Source of the DNA: a bacterium
Lineage (GTDB): Bacteria > UBA10199 > 2-02-FULL-50-16 > JAJFLM01
Direction of reading: 5' to 3'
Assembly (NCBI GenBank): GCA_965216315.1
Contig: CBDCFN010000016.1
Coordinates: forward strand, 2,176,001-2,240,000
Length of the DNA stretch: 64,000 nucleotides
Position 1 is the first letter of the stretch, and each line of letters begins with the position of its first letter. Positions 46,633-58,574 of the stretch are shown here, one piece after another. The notes beneath the pieces were generated by a model. It searched no databases. It was not told the origin of the DNA and worked only from the letters and a program-made list of their open reading frames with translations. Made by a program: the position numbers and the translations under genes.

Positions 46633-47247
46633 TTATAAAAACCGCGTCAGTATTCCTATGCCCAAGCCACCCAGGCCAATAAACATTATCCAGCTCAATG
46701 CTGCAGTAACCCGTTGCGCCTTAGGACCGATTGTCAGTCCCCATGTAATCAGAAAACTCCAGACTCCATTCGAAAAATGAAAGGTAACCGCCAACACGCC
46801 CACGATGTAGAACCAAAACCAATAAGGATTTTGCAGTATCGCCTGCATTTCTTCAAAGTGAAACTCAGTCCCTGCCAAGTAAGATTGAATCCGCGTCGTA
46901 TAGGAATGGGTCGCGATAAAAATCAACGCGAGTATGCCCGTAAAGCGTTGCGCAAAATAAAGCCAATTCCGAGAAAAACCGTAATCCACAAAATTATTCT
47001 CGCCCCGATATATAATCAGCAAACCTACTACGGCATGAAAGAGGATAGGCGCATAAATAGTCGAAAGCTCAATTACAACTACCAACGGCAAGCTGGTTAA
47101 GAATTCTGTATGTTCATTGTAGGCTTCCGGTGAAATGAAAACGTAGGCATTAGAAAAAAAGTGTTGCAGCAAAAAAGCACCGATGGGGAAGATCCCCGCA
47201 AGTGAGAAAAGGCGTTTCAACAAGAAGGGGGTTGTTTTCTGGCTCAT
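46633..47247 (-). CDS. sdhC: Succinate dehydrogenase cytochrome b558 subunit
   Basis: Five TM helices with His ligands; HF.NG.W.F.I.WG..IGP motif; position before sdhA. Confidence 0.9.
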   Translation of the reverse strand: MSQKTTPFLLKRLFSLAGIFPIGAFLLQHFFSNAYVFISPEAYNEHTEFLTSLPLVVVIELSTIYAPILFHAVVGLLIIYRGENNFVDYGFSRNWLYFAQRFTGILALIFIATHSYTTRIQSYLAGTEFHFEEMQAILQNPYWFWFYIVGVLAVTFHFSNGVWSFLITWGLTIGPKAQRVTAALSWIMFIGLGGLGIGILTRFL

Positions 47248-47255
47248 AGCATTCG

Positions 47256-48281
<1,026 letters not shown>

Positions 48282-48285
<4 letters not shown>

Positions 48286-49532
48286 ATATTCTCGACGACT
48301 GCCTTTGCAAATTCCGAACACTTGACTAACGTCGCCCCTTCCATTTGTCGGGCCAAATCGTAGGTCACGGTCTTTTGCGAGATAGCCCCTTCGATGCCGC
48401 GAATAACGGCCCGACTTGCTTCTTCCCAACCCAAGTGTTCTAGCATTTGCGCTCCAGAAAGCACTAACGAACATGGATTAACCTTATCCAATCCCGCATA
48501 CTTCGGAGCGGTCCCATGCGTCGCCTCAAAAACCGCCGCTTTATCCCCGATATTGGCACCCGGCGCCATTCCAAGCCCGCCGACTTGTGCCGCGCATGCA
48601 TCGGATAAATAGTCACCATTCAGATTCGGCAACGCAATGACCGAATATTCATCGGGACGCAACAACACCTGCTGAAACATCGCATCCGCAATGCGGTCCT
48701 TGACGACTATTTTGCCCGCAGGCACCTTGCCATCGAATTCATCCCACACTTGTTGTTCACTGATCGTTTGCTCAGGGAACTCCTCGCGAGCGACTTCATA
48801 ACCCCATTCACGGAAGGCTCCTTCCGTGAACTTCATAATATTCCCCTTGTGTACTAGAGTCACACTGGACCGACCATGATCTATCGCATATTGAATAGCC
48901 CGTCGGACCAATCGCTTGGTGCCGAAAGCCGAGATCGGTTTCACCCCAATCCCCGAATTCTCACGAATCGAACTGCCCATATCCTTATTTAAGAATTCAA
49001 TCACCCGATTCGCTTCTGCGGAACCGGCTTCCCACTCGATACCGGCGTACACATCTTCCGTGTTTTCCCGGAAAATCACGACGTCGAGTTTTTCCGGTTC
49101 TTTCACCGGCGACGGAACACCCGAAAAATAGCGCGATGGCCGGACACAGGCGTAGAGGTCCATGACCTGGCGCAAGCGGACATTGATAGAACGAAACCCA
49201 CCCCCGACCGGCGTCGTCAACGGACCCTTAATCGCCACATGAACTTGACTAATCGCTTCGACCGTATCTTCCGGAAGCCAGGTATTGGGCCCGTAAACTT
49301 CATTGGCTTTATCTCCAGCGTAGAGCTCCCACCACTCGATGGCCTTATCGCCATCAAAAGCTTTTTTCACTGCGGCATCGAGAATCAGTCGGGTCGCGGC
49401 CCAAATATCCGGACCAATCCCGTCACCTTCGATAAAACCTATGATCGGATTGTTCGGAACGCTTAAGGCTCCTGCTGGGGAGACCTGGATCAGTTCACCT
49501 GACGTGGGGAGGGAAATCTTCTCTAAAGTCAT
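48282..49532 (-). CDS. icd: Isocitrate dehydrogenase (NADP)
   Basis: [45 protein letters not shown]. Confidence 0.97.
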
Positions 49533-49559
49533 GCTAAAAAACCTTTATTTTTTATGGAT

Positions 49560-50696
49560 CTATCTCTCACCTATCGGCACAAACTTGAGGTCTCGAGCAC
49601 CCACATAACGGCCCAGGGGACGGATGAGGCGATTATTCCTCATTTGCTCTAATATGTGCGCCGTCCAACCCGAAATACGCGCGATGGCAAAGATAGGGGT
49701 GAATAAATCAACCGGAATTCCGATGATGTGATAAACACTTGCCGAATAAAAATCAACGTTAGGATCAATGTCCTTCTCGTTCTTGACGACTTCCTCAATC
49801 TGGGTCGACATCTCGTACCATTCAGACTGTCCAGAGGCCTCGCCAAGGCGTTCTGCCATCCGTTTGAGAAAGCTGGCCCGTGGGTCCATTGTCTTATACA
49901 CCCGATGTCCAAAACCAAAGATTCTTTGTTTATCCGCTAGTTGCGCCTGAATCCATGAAGACACCCTTTCAGGTTTGCCTATCGCCTGCAACATAGCCAG
50001 TACCTTTTCATTGGCCCCACCGTGCAACGGCCCCTTCAACGTTCCTATCGCCGCCGTCACGGCTGAATAAATATCGGATAAGGTGGCTATTGTAACGCGG
50101 GCTGAAAAAGTCGAAGCATTAAAGCCATGTTCGGCATGGAGAACTAAGGACATATCGAGGGCGTCGACCGCCTCTTGCATCGCCGGCTCACCCTTGAGCT
50201 GATAAAGAAAACGCTCGGCCAAGCTCATGCCTAATTGATGAGGTACCGGCTCTAGCCCTCTCCGCAAACGATCATAGGTCGCAACGATCATGGGAATACG
50301 TGCCGTCAGCTGAATCGCCTTTTCACGTAACCCGGCATCCGAATGGTCGTTGGGCCGGTGATCGTAGTGGGATAATAAAGAAACCGCACTCCGGAGTGCA
50401 TCCATGGGCGCCGCATGCCGATTGGCAATCCCACGGAGTATCTCGATGAGGGAACGGGGCAAATCCGCCTCTTGGTCGAGCGCCTCCCGGAGTTCGCTCA
50501 GTTCGCTCGCTGTAGGCAAGCGCAGATTCCACAAGAGAAAACAGACCTCTTCAAAGCTGATATTACCCGCCAACTCGCGAATATCATAACCACCGTAGAT
50601 CAGCTCGCCGCGCTCCCCGTCAATGGCCGATATGGCCGTATCAGCGGCAATAACCCCTTCCAGACCCGCTTTAAGCTCCATTTTTCCTAAAGGCAT
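49560..50696 (-). CDS. Citrate synthase (CitZ/PrpC-like short type)
   Basis: GLEGV, HAEHGFNAST, GPLHGGAN, GFGHRVY, PNVDF. Confidence 0.93.
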   Translation of the reverse strand: MPLGKMELKAGLEGVIAADTAISAIDGERGELIYGGYDIRELAGNISFEEVCFLLWNLRLPTASELSELREALDQEADLPRSLIEILRGIANRHAAPMDALRSAVSLLSHYDHRPNDHSDAGLREKAIQLTARIPMIVATYDRLRRGLEPVPHQLGMSLAERFLYQLKGEPAMQEAVDALDMSLVLHAEHGFNASTFSARVTIATLSDIYSAVTAAIGTLKGPLHGGANEKVLAMLQAIGKPERVSSWIQAQLADKQRIFGFGHRVYKTMDPRASFLKRMAERLGEASGQSEWYEMSTQIEEVVKNEKDIDPNVDFYSASVYHIIGIPVDLFTPIFAIARISGWTAHILEQMRNNRLIRPLGRYVGARDLKFVPIGER

Positions 50697-50755
50697 AGCG
50701 GGGGTACTTTATTGGAATCAGGACTAAAGTCAAGGACGTGGGGCCTAGGCGCCGT

Positions 50756-51697
50756 CTAGAATGATTTCAGCCGGAGTGCCTTCGGAAGAATCCGATAGGT
50801 CGCCGGCAAGACCCCCGGCTGCTCTCCATCGCAATCCAGGAGTACAGACTCTTCCGAGGCAATAGAGACCTTTTTGGCCCGATAGACCTCAACCTGCGGA
50901 TGGTTGCGAATATTGCCCATATAGAGCTGGGGCAGGTGGCGCAACAACTCGGTGACCTTTACGTCGCCGATCAGGACAAAATCCAGCCAGCCGTCATCAA
51001 TGATGGCATCGGGAGCAATATGCATCCCACTGCCAAAATACTGGCCATTCGCGACGACCGCACAGAGCGCTTTTTTGCGAATCGGCTCAGCATCATCAAT
51101 CTCGATCGTGATGTAACGATTCTGGTGGCGTCTGAGTGCCTTAGCTAATCCCAGCAAATAGGCCACGCGTCCCCCAAAAGTCCGCGGCATTTTACTGATT
51201 TCGTCGACAAGTTCCCCGGGCAGGCCGCATCCGGCGATGTTGGCAAAATAGCGTTGCTGACTCAGCCCATCGAGCGTCTTGAACGTGATATGCCCAATAT
51301 CTACCGATCGCGTCTCACGACCACTTAAAAAAGCTATCATCTCATCGGTCGACTTGGGTTGACCGATCGATTTGACATAGTCCGCACCTGTTCCGGCTGA
51401 AATCACTCCCAGTACGGGCTTGGCAACAACCGCTTTGCCTTCATCAAAGAAACCATTGACAACTTCATTGACGGTCCCGTCCCCTCCCACCGCGACAATC
51501 ATTTCATAACCTTTACGTAAGGCTTCCGTTGTCAGGATAATGCCGTGGCCCTGCGAATTAGTAATCTCAAAATCGCAAACTCCAAATTTCTTCTTAATGA
51601 GCTTTTCAAGTTTATCCCACACTTTACGCCCCTGGCCATGACCGGAGCAGGCATTGACGACAAAGAACGTTTTGAAATTTTTAGCAGTTTTGGACAT
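50756..51697 (-). CDS. Diacylglycerol/lipid kinase (YegS/DagK family)
   Basis: GGDGTVNEVVNG, GTGAD, NGQYFGSG, DGE. Confidence 0.9.
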   Translation of the reverse strand: MSKTAKNFKTFFVVNACSGHGQGRKVWDKLEKLIKKKFGVCDFEITNSQGHGIILTTEALRKGYEMIVAVGGDGTVNEVVNGFFDEGKAVVAKPVLGVISAGTGADYVKSIGQPKSTDEMIAFLSGRETRSVDIGHITFKTLDGLSQQRYFANIAGCGLPGELVDEISKMPRTFGGRVAYLLGLAKALRRHQNRYITIEIDDAEPIRKKALCAVVANGQYFGSGMHIAPDAIIDDGWLDFVLIGDVKVTELLRHLPQLYMGNIRNHPQVEVYRAKKVSIASEESVLLDCDGEQPGVLPATYRILPKALRLKSF

Positions 51698-51703
51698 CGT
51701 GAG

Positions 51704-52846
51704 CTATTTCTCCCCGAATTCATCAATGATCTTGCCGGGCCCCTCCGGCCTAATCGCACTGTTCAAAAAATCCACTAAATTCTGTACCTGCATAGAACCT
51801 CCAAATTCCCGAAACCGATTCACGCAAGTCGAACATGAGGACACCAACACCTTTGCATCTGTTTCCTGAAATTCGGCCAACCGACTTTCAGTCATTTTCT
51901 GCGCCGTCTCGGGCCGCGTGACTGGCAACAAACCGCCGCCACCGCAACAATAACTTCCTTCACGCTTCCGGCGAAATTCAATCGGGTCGGTTCCAATAAC
52001 CGTCTTCAAAACCCGCCGTGGCTCTTCATAAACATTGAGATAGCGCCCCAAAAAACAAGGGTCGTGATAAGCAACCTTTGTTTGCACACTCTTGCGGACA
52101 TGAAAATTGCTTTGCTTCATCTGGCTATCTAAAAACTGTGGCAATGAAACAATCTGTGCTTTTACTGGAAAACCATAGATAGGAAATAGCTTATCAAGCG
52201 TATAGACACAAACAGGGTCCCCACAAACAACCAGTGGGTAATCATCAAACATGTGAGAAAGCACCTCGGCATGCTCCTTAAACCCATTAAGATCTCCTGC
52301 TGCCAGCAGTGGATATCCACAGCACTGAATTGCCTGATCAAAAAGACCGAATGACTCGAGACCTAATTTGCCAAAAAGCTCCATGGTATGCTGCACGGTC
52401 TGAGGGTGATGATGGATTTCAGAACATCCTGGAAAATACGTAACAGCGGCAGGACGAAATAAATCTTTTGGAAATTTCTTTTTTAACAGTTCGAGCAACC
52501 GCACTCCATAAGGATTATTGCGATGCTTAAATCGAGCACAAAAATCATAAACACTTTGAGGAGAAAATCCTTTTTTATATGCCTTGGCCCGAAACTGAAT
52601 GAGTACCGAAGACACGGGATTATCAAGTTCGCACGTTTGAGTACTCATCCCACAATCGGCACACTTATAAGCCTGTAATGCCGCCTCATGACTCCACTCA
52701 AGCTTTCGATCCGCCAGTAACTTCATCGTCATCATTTTAGCCCGCGGCGTACTCATCTCATCCTGATCCGCGTCGCTTACGGGACAAGATTCACGGCAGA
52801 GATTGGGACAATAGTAGCAGTGATCTAAGGACTTTTTCATCACCAT
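51704..52846 (-). CDS. Fe-S oxidoreductase with CCG domains (GlpC/GlcF-like)
   Basis: CYYCPNLC...CP, FPGC, CCG, YHDPC.LGR, CCGGGG. Confidence 0.85.
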   Translation of the reverse strand: MVMKKSLDHCYYCPNLCRESCPVSDADQDEMSTPRAKMMTMKLLADRKLEWSHEAALQAYKCADCGMSTQTCELDNPVSSVLIQFRAKAYKKGFSPQSVYDFCARFKHRNNPYGVRLLELLKKKFPKDLFRPAAVTYFPGCSEIHHHPQTVQHTMELFGKLGLESFGLFDQAIQCCGYPLLAAGDLNGFKEHAEVLSHMFDDYPLVVCGDPVCVYTLDKLFPIYGFPVKAQIVSLPQFLDSQMKQSNFHVRKSVQTKVAYHDPCFLGRYLNVYEEPRRVLKTVIGTDPIEFRRKREGSYCCGGGGLLPVTRPETAQKMTESRLAEFQETDAKVLVSSCSTCVNRFREFGGSMQVQNLVDFLNSAIRPEGPGKIIDEFGEK

Positions 52847-53529
52847 CAGACTGACTCCATCATCATCTTTTCAAGGAGAGGAACAACCTTACGTTTCGAC
52901 GCTCGTATCACTTTACCTCCTTGAGACTTGGATAAAGTGGCTGCCTTACTCATATAAGCTTTGACCATACCTTCGAGTCCTGCAAAGCGCACACTGACCA
53001 AGGCAAGTTTATCACTCCTCAACTCAGTAGCCTGCTGCTTTACGTCATAGACCTTTGAAAAGCTGTTACTGATATGCAAAGCTGCCAATTCTTCGACAAA
53101 CTCCTGCCCCTTCACTAAAGACGGCCAATAGGAATAATGCCACTCAATTATTTCAGGCAAAGGATAAAGCCGTAACGTAACATCTTCAAGCTTACCTTGG
53201 CGCGTCCCCATATTTAGAATTAGTGTACGAAAATCAGGGCCCGCCGCAGTCCGCGGTACCGTTTTACTCTTGTAACGTTTGCCATCGTTGCCCATCATCG
53301 TAAACCCGACACAGGCTTTCATGGCCGTTCCGTACTGCGCCTGAAGTAAATTAGGAGGATCTTTATAGAGCCATTGCTGGACACTGAGACTGCGCTGCTG
53401 ATCATTGAGATAGCCCAGCGTATACCCTGATTTGTTGAGTCTCTCTTCTAAGCGTACCCATTTTGTTTGCGCCGAGCATGTCACCAAAAGTGACATATGA
53501 TCCATATCAATATTCATTGCCTCACTCAT
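52846..53529 (-). CDS. Truncated or degenerate FAD-binding PCMH-type subunit (GlcE-like)
   Basis: LEE.LNKSGYTLG, PRTAAGPD, VTLRL.PLPE. Confidence 0.7.
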   Translation of the reverse strand: MSEAMNIDMDHMSLLVTCSAQTKWVRLEERLNKSGYTLGYLNDQQRSLSVQQWLYKDPPNLLQAQYGTAMKACVGFTMMGNDGKRYKSKTVPRTAAGPDFRTLILNMGTRQGKLEDVTLRLYPLPEIIEWHYSYWPSLVKGQEFVEELAALHISNSFSKVYDVKQQATELRSDKLALVSVRFAGLEGMVKAYMSKAATLSKSQGGKVIRASKRKVVPLLEKMMMESV

Positions 53530-55100
53530 GAGAGCCCCATCTTTCCCGGGTTCATTATATTGTTGGGATCAAGCGTATTCTTAAAATTTCGGAACACGTC
53601 CATCAAACGACCTAGCTCACGGCTCATATACTTGGCTTTCAAAAGCCCCACCCCATGATGATGCGTAATCGTGCCTCCCGCCTGCAAACAAGCATCCATC
53701 GCATCTCCCCAAACCTGATCATAAACACGCAGTTCCTCAGCGACGGAATTTTGGCGCCCAACAAACGTGAAATAAATGGAGCAACCCTCCGGGTAAGCAT
53801 GTGAAAAATGCGCCATAACAAAACAATGTCGTGCAATAGCTTTACGCACCCTTTTATATAGCTCTTCAAGACAATCCCAGGTTGCGGCCACTTCGATCGT
53901 GTCCACAAAATTACCTTGCGCAAATAGCTCCGGCATTTTGTATGAAACGCTGTAACGATGCTTCCGCCAATGCTCCCCAATAGCCGGCCCCTCATCACGG
54001 CTAATCACTTCGCGACATATCTTGAGCGCTTCGACCTCTTCCGACTTTATAATATCCGGGTCTCCCTCAAAGCCCATCACGAGAACAGAGCTAACCGGCA
54101 TGCGTTGGACGACAAAGTCTACGACACGTGGGTAAGAAATAATCCGATTGAGTGCCTTGCTTTTAAGCGGTTCCACTAAACGCGATAAGGGATTCAAAAT
54201 CGACTCCCGCAACGGCTGCTTGACCGTTTCGAGCCAATCACCCAGATTACCTCCAAGATTCCGCTCATAACCCCACTGCAACAATAAACTGTCTAAACGA
54301 TCATAGAGACGAAGCACCGAAGGGCGTAAACCGGCCTGCATAATACGTCGCAAAGACTGGATGGCCTGCGACAGGTGGACAAAACTAATGCCACGATAAC
54401 GATCAGCCTGCGCTTTTCGATGAAGACGAACGCGGCATCGGGTAACGATACCAAGCACTCCTTCACTTCCGACAAATAACGGAACAGGAGTTACTCCAGG
54501 CAGGCCGGGGATGCGTTTCGACCCGATCGGCAATATTTCGCCCGACGGCAATACCGCCTCAACCGAATCAATCATATCTTCAATATTGCCGTACTTTGAA
54601 GAAAGTTGGCCGGCACCTCGCGCAGCTAAACAGCCGCCAAGAGTCGCCACGAGTATGGAGCTTGGGAAATGACCAAGGGTATAGCCTTTATCATTTAAAA
54701 GTTTTTCAAGCCTAAGGCTATTAATCCCTGACTGGACGATAGCCGTACGTTTTCGCGCATTAATCGATTCAATTTGATCTAACCGTTTGAGATCGACAAT
54801 TACCCCACCACGTACCGGCAAGGTTCCACCCGCAACACCCGATCCGCCCCCAAAGGCAATCAATGGAACTTGTCGCTGTTGGGCCCACTGCACCAGCTTC
54901 ACAACGTCGGCGGTGGATCCCGGCCAGACGACCGCTTGTGGCCAATAAATGGGGCGACCTCGCCGTGATTGAATCAGCGTCCGCGACATCGAATCATGCG
55001 TATAATGCAGACAATCGACCTCTCCGACCGTAACATGCTGATCCCCAACAATTTGTGAAAGCGAACGTATGTCTCGTTTCGACAGTGCCGTCTTCGTCAT
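53526..55100 (-). CDS. FAD-linked oxidoreductase, alkyl-DHAP synthase-like (VAO/PCMH family)
   Basis: GGGSGV.GG, GHFPSS...TLGG..A.RGAG..S.KYG.IED, GSEG.LG, HFSHAY, THHHGVG, NPGK. Confidence 0.85.
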   Translation of the reverse strand: MTKTALSKRDIRSLSQIVGDQHVTVGEVDCLHYTHDSMSRTLIQSRRGRPIYWPQAVVWPGSTADVVKLVQWAQQRQVPLIAFGGGSGVAGGTLPVRGGVIVDLKRLDQIESINARKRTAIVQSGINSLRLEKLLNDKGYTLGHFPSSILVATLGGCLAARGAGQLSSKYGNIEDMIDSVEAVLPSGEILPIGSKRIPGLPGVTPVPLFVGSEGVLGIVTRCRVRLHRKAQADRYRGISFVHLSQAIQSLRRIMQAGLRPSVLRLYDRLDSLLLQWGYERNLGGNLGDWLETVKQPLRESILNPLSRLVEPLKSKALNRIISYPRVVDFVVQRMPVSSVLVMGFEGDPDIIKSEEVEALKICREVISRDEGPAIGEHWRKHRYSVSYKMPELFAQGNFVDTIEVAATWDCLEELYKRVRKAIARHCFVMAHFSHAYPEGCSIYFTFVGRQNSVAEELRVYDQVWGDAMDACLQAGGTITHHHGVGLLKAKYMSRELGRLMDVFRNFKNTLDPNNIMNPGKMGLS

Positions 55101-55549
55101 GCGCGTATCGACTCCACTTTACGCTGCATGAGTTCAAACGTCTCCTTAATCGGAACATCCCGAGGACAGATACTTTCGCATCCACTGCAAGAGTCACACG
55201 CCGTTGGGTCGAGATTTGCGTATGGATAATCTGTAATGAGACGAGACGCACTACTGGTATAAAACGAGGGCCCCATAAAATCAGCCGGATTAGTATGAGG
55301 TAAAGCGCGACAAAGGCTGTCACACAAACGACAGGATACACAACGACTGATTTGGTAGAGCAAGGCCTTTTCTTGAGAAGACATCGCGGGAATACCATCA
55401 TCTCGATAGTTGTCCAAAAAAACTTTAATGCCCGGTGACTTATATCTAAAAAGTCGTCGTAAGAGATGCCAAACAAATTGAATACCCAGCACCAATGTTG
55501 CGTACATGGACTTAAAATTCACCTGACAGCCTCTCTTCCAGCCAGCCAA
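55097..55549 (-). CDS. 4Fe-4S dicluster protein (start uncertain, possibly 55507)
   Basis: CVSCRLCDSLC and CDSCSGCESICP. Confidence 0.8.
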   Translation of the reverse strand: MAGWKRGCQVNFKSMYATLVLGIQFVWHLLRRLFRYKSPGIKVFLDNYRDDGIPAMSSQEKALLYQISRCVSCRLCDSLCRALPHTNPADFMGPSFYTSSASRLITDYPYANLDPTACDSCSGCESICPRDVPIKETFELMQRKVESIRA

Positions 55550-56838
55550 CCACTCAACAAGGCCACGCCACTGCCGGATCCATCGGCTGCCGCGCGATAC
55601 CCGCCGATCACACTCCCCGCCGCGCGCAGATTCGAATACAGAGGTTCATTCCACTGACTCACCGGCCGTAGCGACCGATCCACTTTGACTCCCACCCTGA
55701 ACAACGCATGATCATCAATGTAATCTTGCTCCAGCATATCACCTACAAAACTCGCTCCGGCGACTTTACCATCGACAAACACGGGTAACTCAAAAATAGC
55801 CTCTTTCATAATGTCATGCCTCACCACCCCGCCACCGATGAAACGCCCCGTAGCCAAAATCACCTCATCAAAGTCATACAGATGATCAACATCTCCTCCT
55901 GAAGTCACAAGTTGAGTAATCCGATCCGCTACTGACTCAAAACCCGTGACAGTGCCGGGTAATATTTTAATATTGGCACTGGATAAGGCGGCCTCCAGGA
56001 TCTTATGGCGACGCAATCCGGGAATAGACGGGACCGTTGCTAACACCTCAAAACACTGAGCCCCGCACTGTTTGTGTAATTGTTCAATGAGTCGCGGCCC
56101 TTTTTCAATCCCAATGACCGCGGGCAATAAGACGTGGGTCGCATTAAAGTGTTGAACTTGTTCTCGTAACGCGTTTGCAAGCAGCTCAAAGGTATCGTTC
56201 TCTTCCAGCCGCTCCGCCAAGGCAAAAGGCGATAGAGAATGCTGGGGAACTCCATTGATGCTCAACCAACACGCTTCAACGGAATCAATACTCTTGCCGG
56301 GCAAGCGGGCGGCTACAGACGAAATGACTTTTTTAAGGAGAGGAACGGAAAAACCCGCCAGTCCTGGAATACCTGCGATAAGAAGTCGGGCCTTGCGCCA
56401 TTTGAGAACATTGCCAGGCGCCTGTGATGGATCTGCCAAGGCGGTATATTTGAGTGTGCCTAATGGCGTAAAAAAAGCCATTGTCTCATTCAAGGAACCG
56501 ACCAGATTACGAGGCAAGTGCGTTCCCAAAACTCTGAGCGCTTCATCCATTTCGTCAGCCAACGACGTATCACGCAATGTACGGCTCATCAGCGCATAAG
56601 GATGCTGCGGACGGCGGACGGCAATTTTTTCAATCTGCTCGCGCGGAGATAAAGGTGTTTCATATTCAACCCGAATACGCCGCTCATCAAGCGAACCCAT
56701 GTCCCATGCACCTGACGCCATCGCCGTCGCACCCGGCCTGCCCCCGACGATCGTCACATCAGCACCTTTCTGCTGTGCAGCTAATGCCGCCGCAACGGCA
56801 CTCAAGCCACCCCCGATAATGATCACGCTTTTAGCGAT
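55519..56838 (-). CDS. glpB: Anaerobic glycerol-3-phosphate dehydrogenase subunit B-like
   Basis: IIGGGL, SGA.D, PSIPG.R, LATGRFIGGG, NL.AAGS.IGG, GSGVAL.SG. Start is GTG 56826 or ATC 56838. Confidence 0.8.
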   Translation of the reverse strand: MAKSVIIIGGGLSAVAAALAAQQKGADVTIVGGRPGATAMASGAWDMGSLDERRIRVEYETPLSPREQIEKIAVRRPQHPYALMSRTLRDTSLADEMDEALRVLGTHLPRNLVGSLNETMAFFTPLGTLKYTALADPSQAPGNVLKWRKARLLIAGIPGLAGFSVPLLKKVISSVAARLPGKSIDSVEACWLSINGVPQHSLSPFALAERLEENDTFELLANALREQVQHFNATHVLLPAVIGIEKGPRLIEQLHKQCGAQCFEVLATVPSIPGLRRHKILEAALSSANIKILPGTVTGFESVADRITQLVTSGGDVDHLYDFDEVILATGRFIGGGVVRHDIMKEAIFELPVFVDGKVAGASFVGDMLEQDYIDDHALFRVGVKVDRSLRPVSQWNEPLYSNLRAAGSVIGGYRAAADGSGSGVALLSGWLAGREAVR

Positions 56839-56840
56839 GG

Positions 56841-58496
56841 CTATTCTCCTTCATACTGCAATCCCAAAGTGCCTCTAAATATCCCTTGATTAATCTCTTC
56901 CTGCACCAACTGCTCTCCCGTTAAGATATTTTTGCGCGCCTGCCACTGCCGATTGAGAAAATGCTTGAGATCCTTAATCGAACGATCCGCGGACCATTCT
57001 TTAACACTCGCAAGACACGAGAGCGCCGGCACCGCACACAATGCCCCCTGGCATGCGCCGGAACCAACTCGCGTCCTTCTAAATAAATCATCCAAACTCT
57101 CAGCCCATTCATTACGTGCGACATAGGAGATCTCGGCAGCCGTCACCGGTTCACACGGACAAATCACGGTCTTTTCGGGAACATCGGTGCAGGCCTCATC
57201 AAGTATCAGCTTAGCACGCGATCCCTGGCGGTATGAAAGGCGTCTCACAACATACGTATCCAGACCACATTGCTCCGCCGTTGCCCTGACGTCAGGCGTC
57301 TCCTCTCCTCCCGGCAAGGGAACCAAGTGCGTTCGACATTTAGAGGAGACATCAAGCTTTTTGGCTATCAAGTCCGTGGCTTCTTCCGACATTTCACGAA
57401 ATGAAGCCAACTTGCCGCCGATCATACTGATGAAACCATCAACGGCTTCAGTTTGACTATGGTCAATGATCAGATGATCTCGAGACAACTCATCCTCGTA
57501 ACAGTCAGTTCCATAGATAGTCGGGCGAACACCGCGCCATGTACTGATAATGCGGGCCTTGTGGACCTCAGGAAAGACAGGCTCGATCCCTTCAATAAGA
57601 TATTTCACTTCGTCTTCAGTCACCGCAATATTATCGAGGTCCCCATAAAAATCATCATCCGTCGTCCCGATAATCGTTGTGTTCTCATGAGGCGTAATAA
57701 ATATCTGCCGACCATCAATGCACTTTGAAACAATTGCCATATTGGTGAGGCGCCGATCGAGGATGAGATGAATCCCCTTGCCGCCACGTATTTTTACGTG
57801 ACATCGGGCGAGCTCCGCAAACTGCGGTGACCATGGTCCCGTCGCATTAAAAATAATGCGGCCGTAATAAGTCGTCGGGTCCCCTGAAATAACATCGCGC
57901 GTTTTAATACCGGTGACGCGATTGCCCTCACGAATCACTCGCGTGACCAGTGTATGATTGCGAATTTTAGCGCCATATTCCGCCGCGGCGAGAGCATTGG
58001 CGACACAGAGTCGATTCGTATCTATACCCCACTCGTCAAAAGTTACCGCACCGTCTACCGTCGGTGGGATCGCCGGCTCCAAGCTGCGAACTTCATCGCG
58101 GCTCAATCGGGTATGGCTCTTACCGCCCTTCAGCTTCGAAAAGCGATCGTAGACCTCAAAAAAAGTCTCCATGAGTTCCAAGGTAAGCCGGTTCCGCCAT
58201 CGCGAGGATCCGTCCTCATCGAGGACGGGAACGAGAAAAGGAATACGAAAACAAAGGTGCGGCGCAATCTTGCGAATGTAACCCGCATCTCGACAGGCCT
58301 TCTTGGTGGTGCCCACCTCATATTGAAGGTAGCGCGGTCCACCATGAATCATCCCGGAAGAGGCTCCCGTCGTCCCGGCCGCAAAATCATTCTTTTCCAC
58401 CAACAAAACGGTCATACCGCGCATCGCGGCATCGCGGGCAATTCCGGTCCCGTTACAACCCCCGCCAACGACTATGAGATCAAAGGATTCCGCCAT
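56841..58496 (-). CDS. glpA: Glycerol-3-phosphate dehydrogenase subunit A-like with C-terminal BFD-like 2Fe-2S domain
   Basis: GGGCNGTGIARD, GTT..SSG.IHGG.RY, GVRP, GGKL, CPCE...RRTR.G.G.CQG..C. Confidence 0.87.
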   Translation of the reverse strand: MAESFDLIVVGGGCNGTGIARDAAMRGMTVLLVEKNDFAAGTTGASSGMIHGGPRYLQYEVGTTKKACRDAGYIRKIAPHLCFRIPFLVPVLDEDGSSRWRNRLTLELMETFFEVYDRFSKLKGGKSHTRLSRDEVRSLEPAIPPTVDGAVTFDEWGIDTNRLCVANALAAAEYGAKIRNHTLVTRVIREGNRVTGIKTRDVISGDPTTYYGRIIFNATGPWSPQFAELARCHVKIRGGKGIHLILDRRLTNMAIVSKCIDGRQIFITPHENTTIIGTTDDDFYGDLDNIAVTEDEVKYLIEGIEPVFPEVHKARIISTWRGVRPTIYGTDCYEDELSRDHLIIDHSQTEAVDGFISMIGGKLASFREMSEEATDLIAKKLDVSSKCRTHLVPLPGGEETPDVRATAEQCGLDTYVVRRLSYRQGSRAKLILDEACTDVPEKTVICPCEPVTAAEISYVARNEWAESLDDLFRRTRVGSGACQGALCAVPALSCLASVKEWSADRSIKDLKHFLNRQWQARKNILTGEQLVQEEINQGIFRGTLGLQYEGE

Positions 58497-58574
58497 AAAG
58501 GGCCATAGGCTACCTTTAAGGACGCAAGGCGTCAATTAAAGACCCACACTGACCTGATCTGGGGGGAACGAGCT

